Shown: positions 63,412-64,000 of the stretch, in pieces
How the letters are laid out: each line of letters starts with the position of its first letter
Numbering within the stretch: the first letter of the stretch is position 1
Source of the DNA: Alphaproteobacteria bacterium
Lineage (GTDB): Bacteria > Pseudomonadota > Alphaproteobacteria > UBA6615
NCBI GenBank assembly: GCA_009691025.1
Contig: SHWB01000002.1
Span: 72,300 to 136,299, forward strand
Length of the DNA: 64,000 nucleotides
Direction: 5' to 3'
Notes under the pieces: model-generated
Database searches by the model: none
Told to the model about the DNA's origin: nothing
The model's input: the letters and a program-made list of their open reading frames with translations, nothing else
Position numbers and translations under genes: made by a program

Positions 63412-64000
63412 GGCGTTCCTCCTTGCGCGTTCGTATGCGCGGCCCTCCGTCAGGCACCGCGTCGAGGGCGGGATAATCGATATAGCCGGCCGCGCCGCCT
63501 TTGAAGAAGGTAGTCGGGTCGGCGGCATTGTAGCCGGAGCGGCGGCGGAAGCGCTCGACCAGGTCGGGATTGGCGATGAACAGCGCCGCGAAGGAGACGA
63601 GGTCGGCCTGGCCTTCGGCGATGGCGGCCTCGGCGGCCTCTCTCGTGTAGCTGCCATTGGCCATTAGCGGGCCGTCGAAAGCGTCGCGCAGCGCCGGCAG
63701 CAGGGGCTTCATCTCCGGCGGCGAATGCGGCGTGCCGGGCACCACCGCCTCGATGACGTGCAGATAGGCCAGCCGGCGCGCGCCAAGCTCCCGTGCGATG
63801 TAACGGAACGTACCCGCGGGGTCGGAATCGGCGATGCCGTCGACGCCGAAATGCGGCGAGAGGCGCGCACCGACACGGTCCGCGCCGAAGATGGCGACGG
63901 CCTCCTCGACGACCTCCATCAGGAAGCGCGCGCGGTTGGCGATGTCGCCGCCGTAGCGGTCGGTGCGGCGGTTGGTGCCGTCGCGCAGGAATTCGTCGAT
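63404..64000 (-). CDS. Old Yellow Enzyme/NemA-type NADH:flavin oxidoreductase, C-terminal part (gene continues right of window)
   Basis: ..IDEFLRDGTNRRTDRYGGDIANRARFLMEVVEEAVAIFGADRVGARLSP....ANGSYT...ADLVSFAALFIANPDLVERF....GGAAGYIDYP. Confidence 0.8.
   Translation of the reverse strand: MDEFLRDGTNRRTDRYGGDIANRARFLMEVVEEAVAIFGADRVGARLSPHFGVDGIADSDPAGTFRYIARELGARRLAYLHVIEAVVPGTPHSPPEMKPLLPALRDAFDGPLMANGSYTREAAEAAIAEGQADLVSFAALFIANPDLVERFRRRSGYNAADPTTFFKGGAAGYIDYPALDAVPDGGPRIRTRKEERRG

Overview
This is a 64-kb slice of a very GC-rich (by eye about 70% G+C, GC3-saturated) alphaproteobacterial, Rhizobiales-like chromosome. Core content: pdxY (partial), a CitE-like lyase, sdhCDAB, a LysR regulator, hipBA, methylmalonyl-CoA mutase plus MeaB, rpmB and typA/bipA. 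A DUF4258/YgiT toxin-antitoxin pair sits between sdhA and sdhB. The rest is a long run of accessory catabolic genes: acyl-CoA dehydrogenases, SDRs, CoA-transferase, amidase, an enolase-superfamily gene, the otn four-carbon acid-sugar cluster, a TcuA-like flavoprotein, EamA exporters and assorted hydrolases. I found no rRNA, tRNA or CRISPR. The dominant signal is gene decay. About 21 of roughly 62 protein genes carry in-frame stops and/or frame changes yet remain easily recognisable. The 25 in-frame stops I could place are 20 TAG and 5 TAA, with no TGA. 18 of the 20 TAGs are followed by G, and 11 lie in CTAGG. Intact genes carry unusually many CTA/TTA leucine codons. Other notable items: a ~0.95-kb AT-rich plasmid-replicon remnant (truncated repA, GTCACA iterons) beside a zinc-ribbon class III nucleotide cyclase; a deletion scar fusing a ferritin-like gene to the 3' part of a coxL-type gene; nested REP-type palindromes, one holding a C10 tract; and a 1-kb ORF-less spacer upstream of sdhC. 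I did not find a convincing complete new multi-gene system, so candidates are ranked in findings. All homology calls come from motif recognition by eye. No database search was run.
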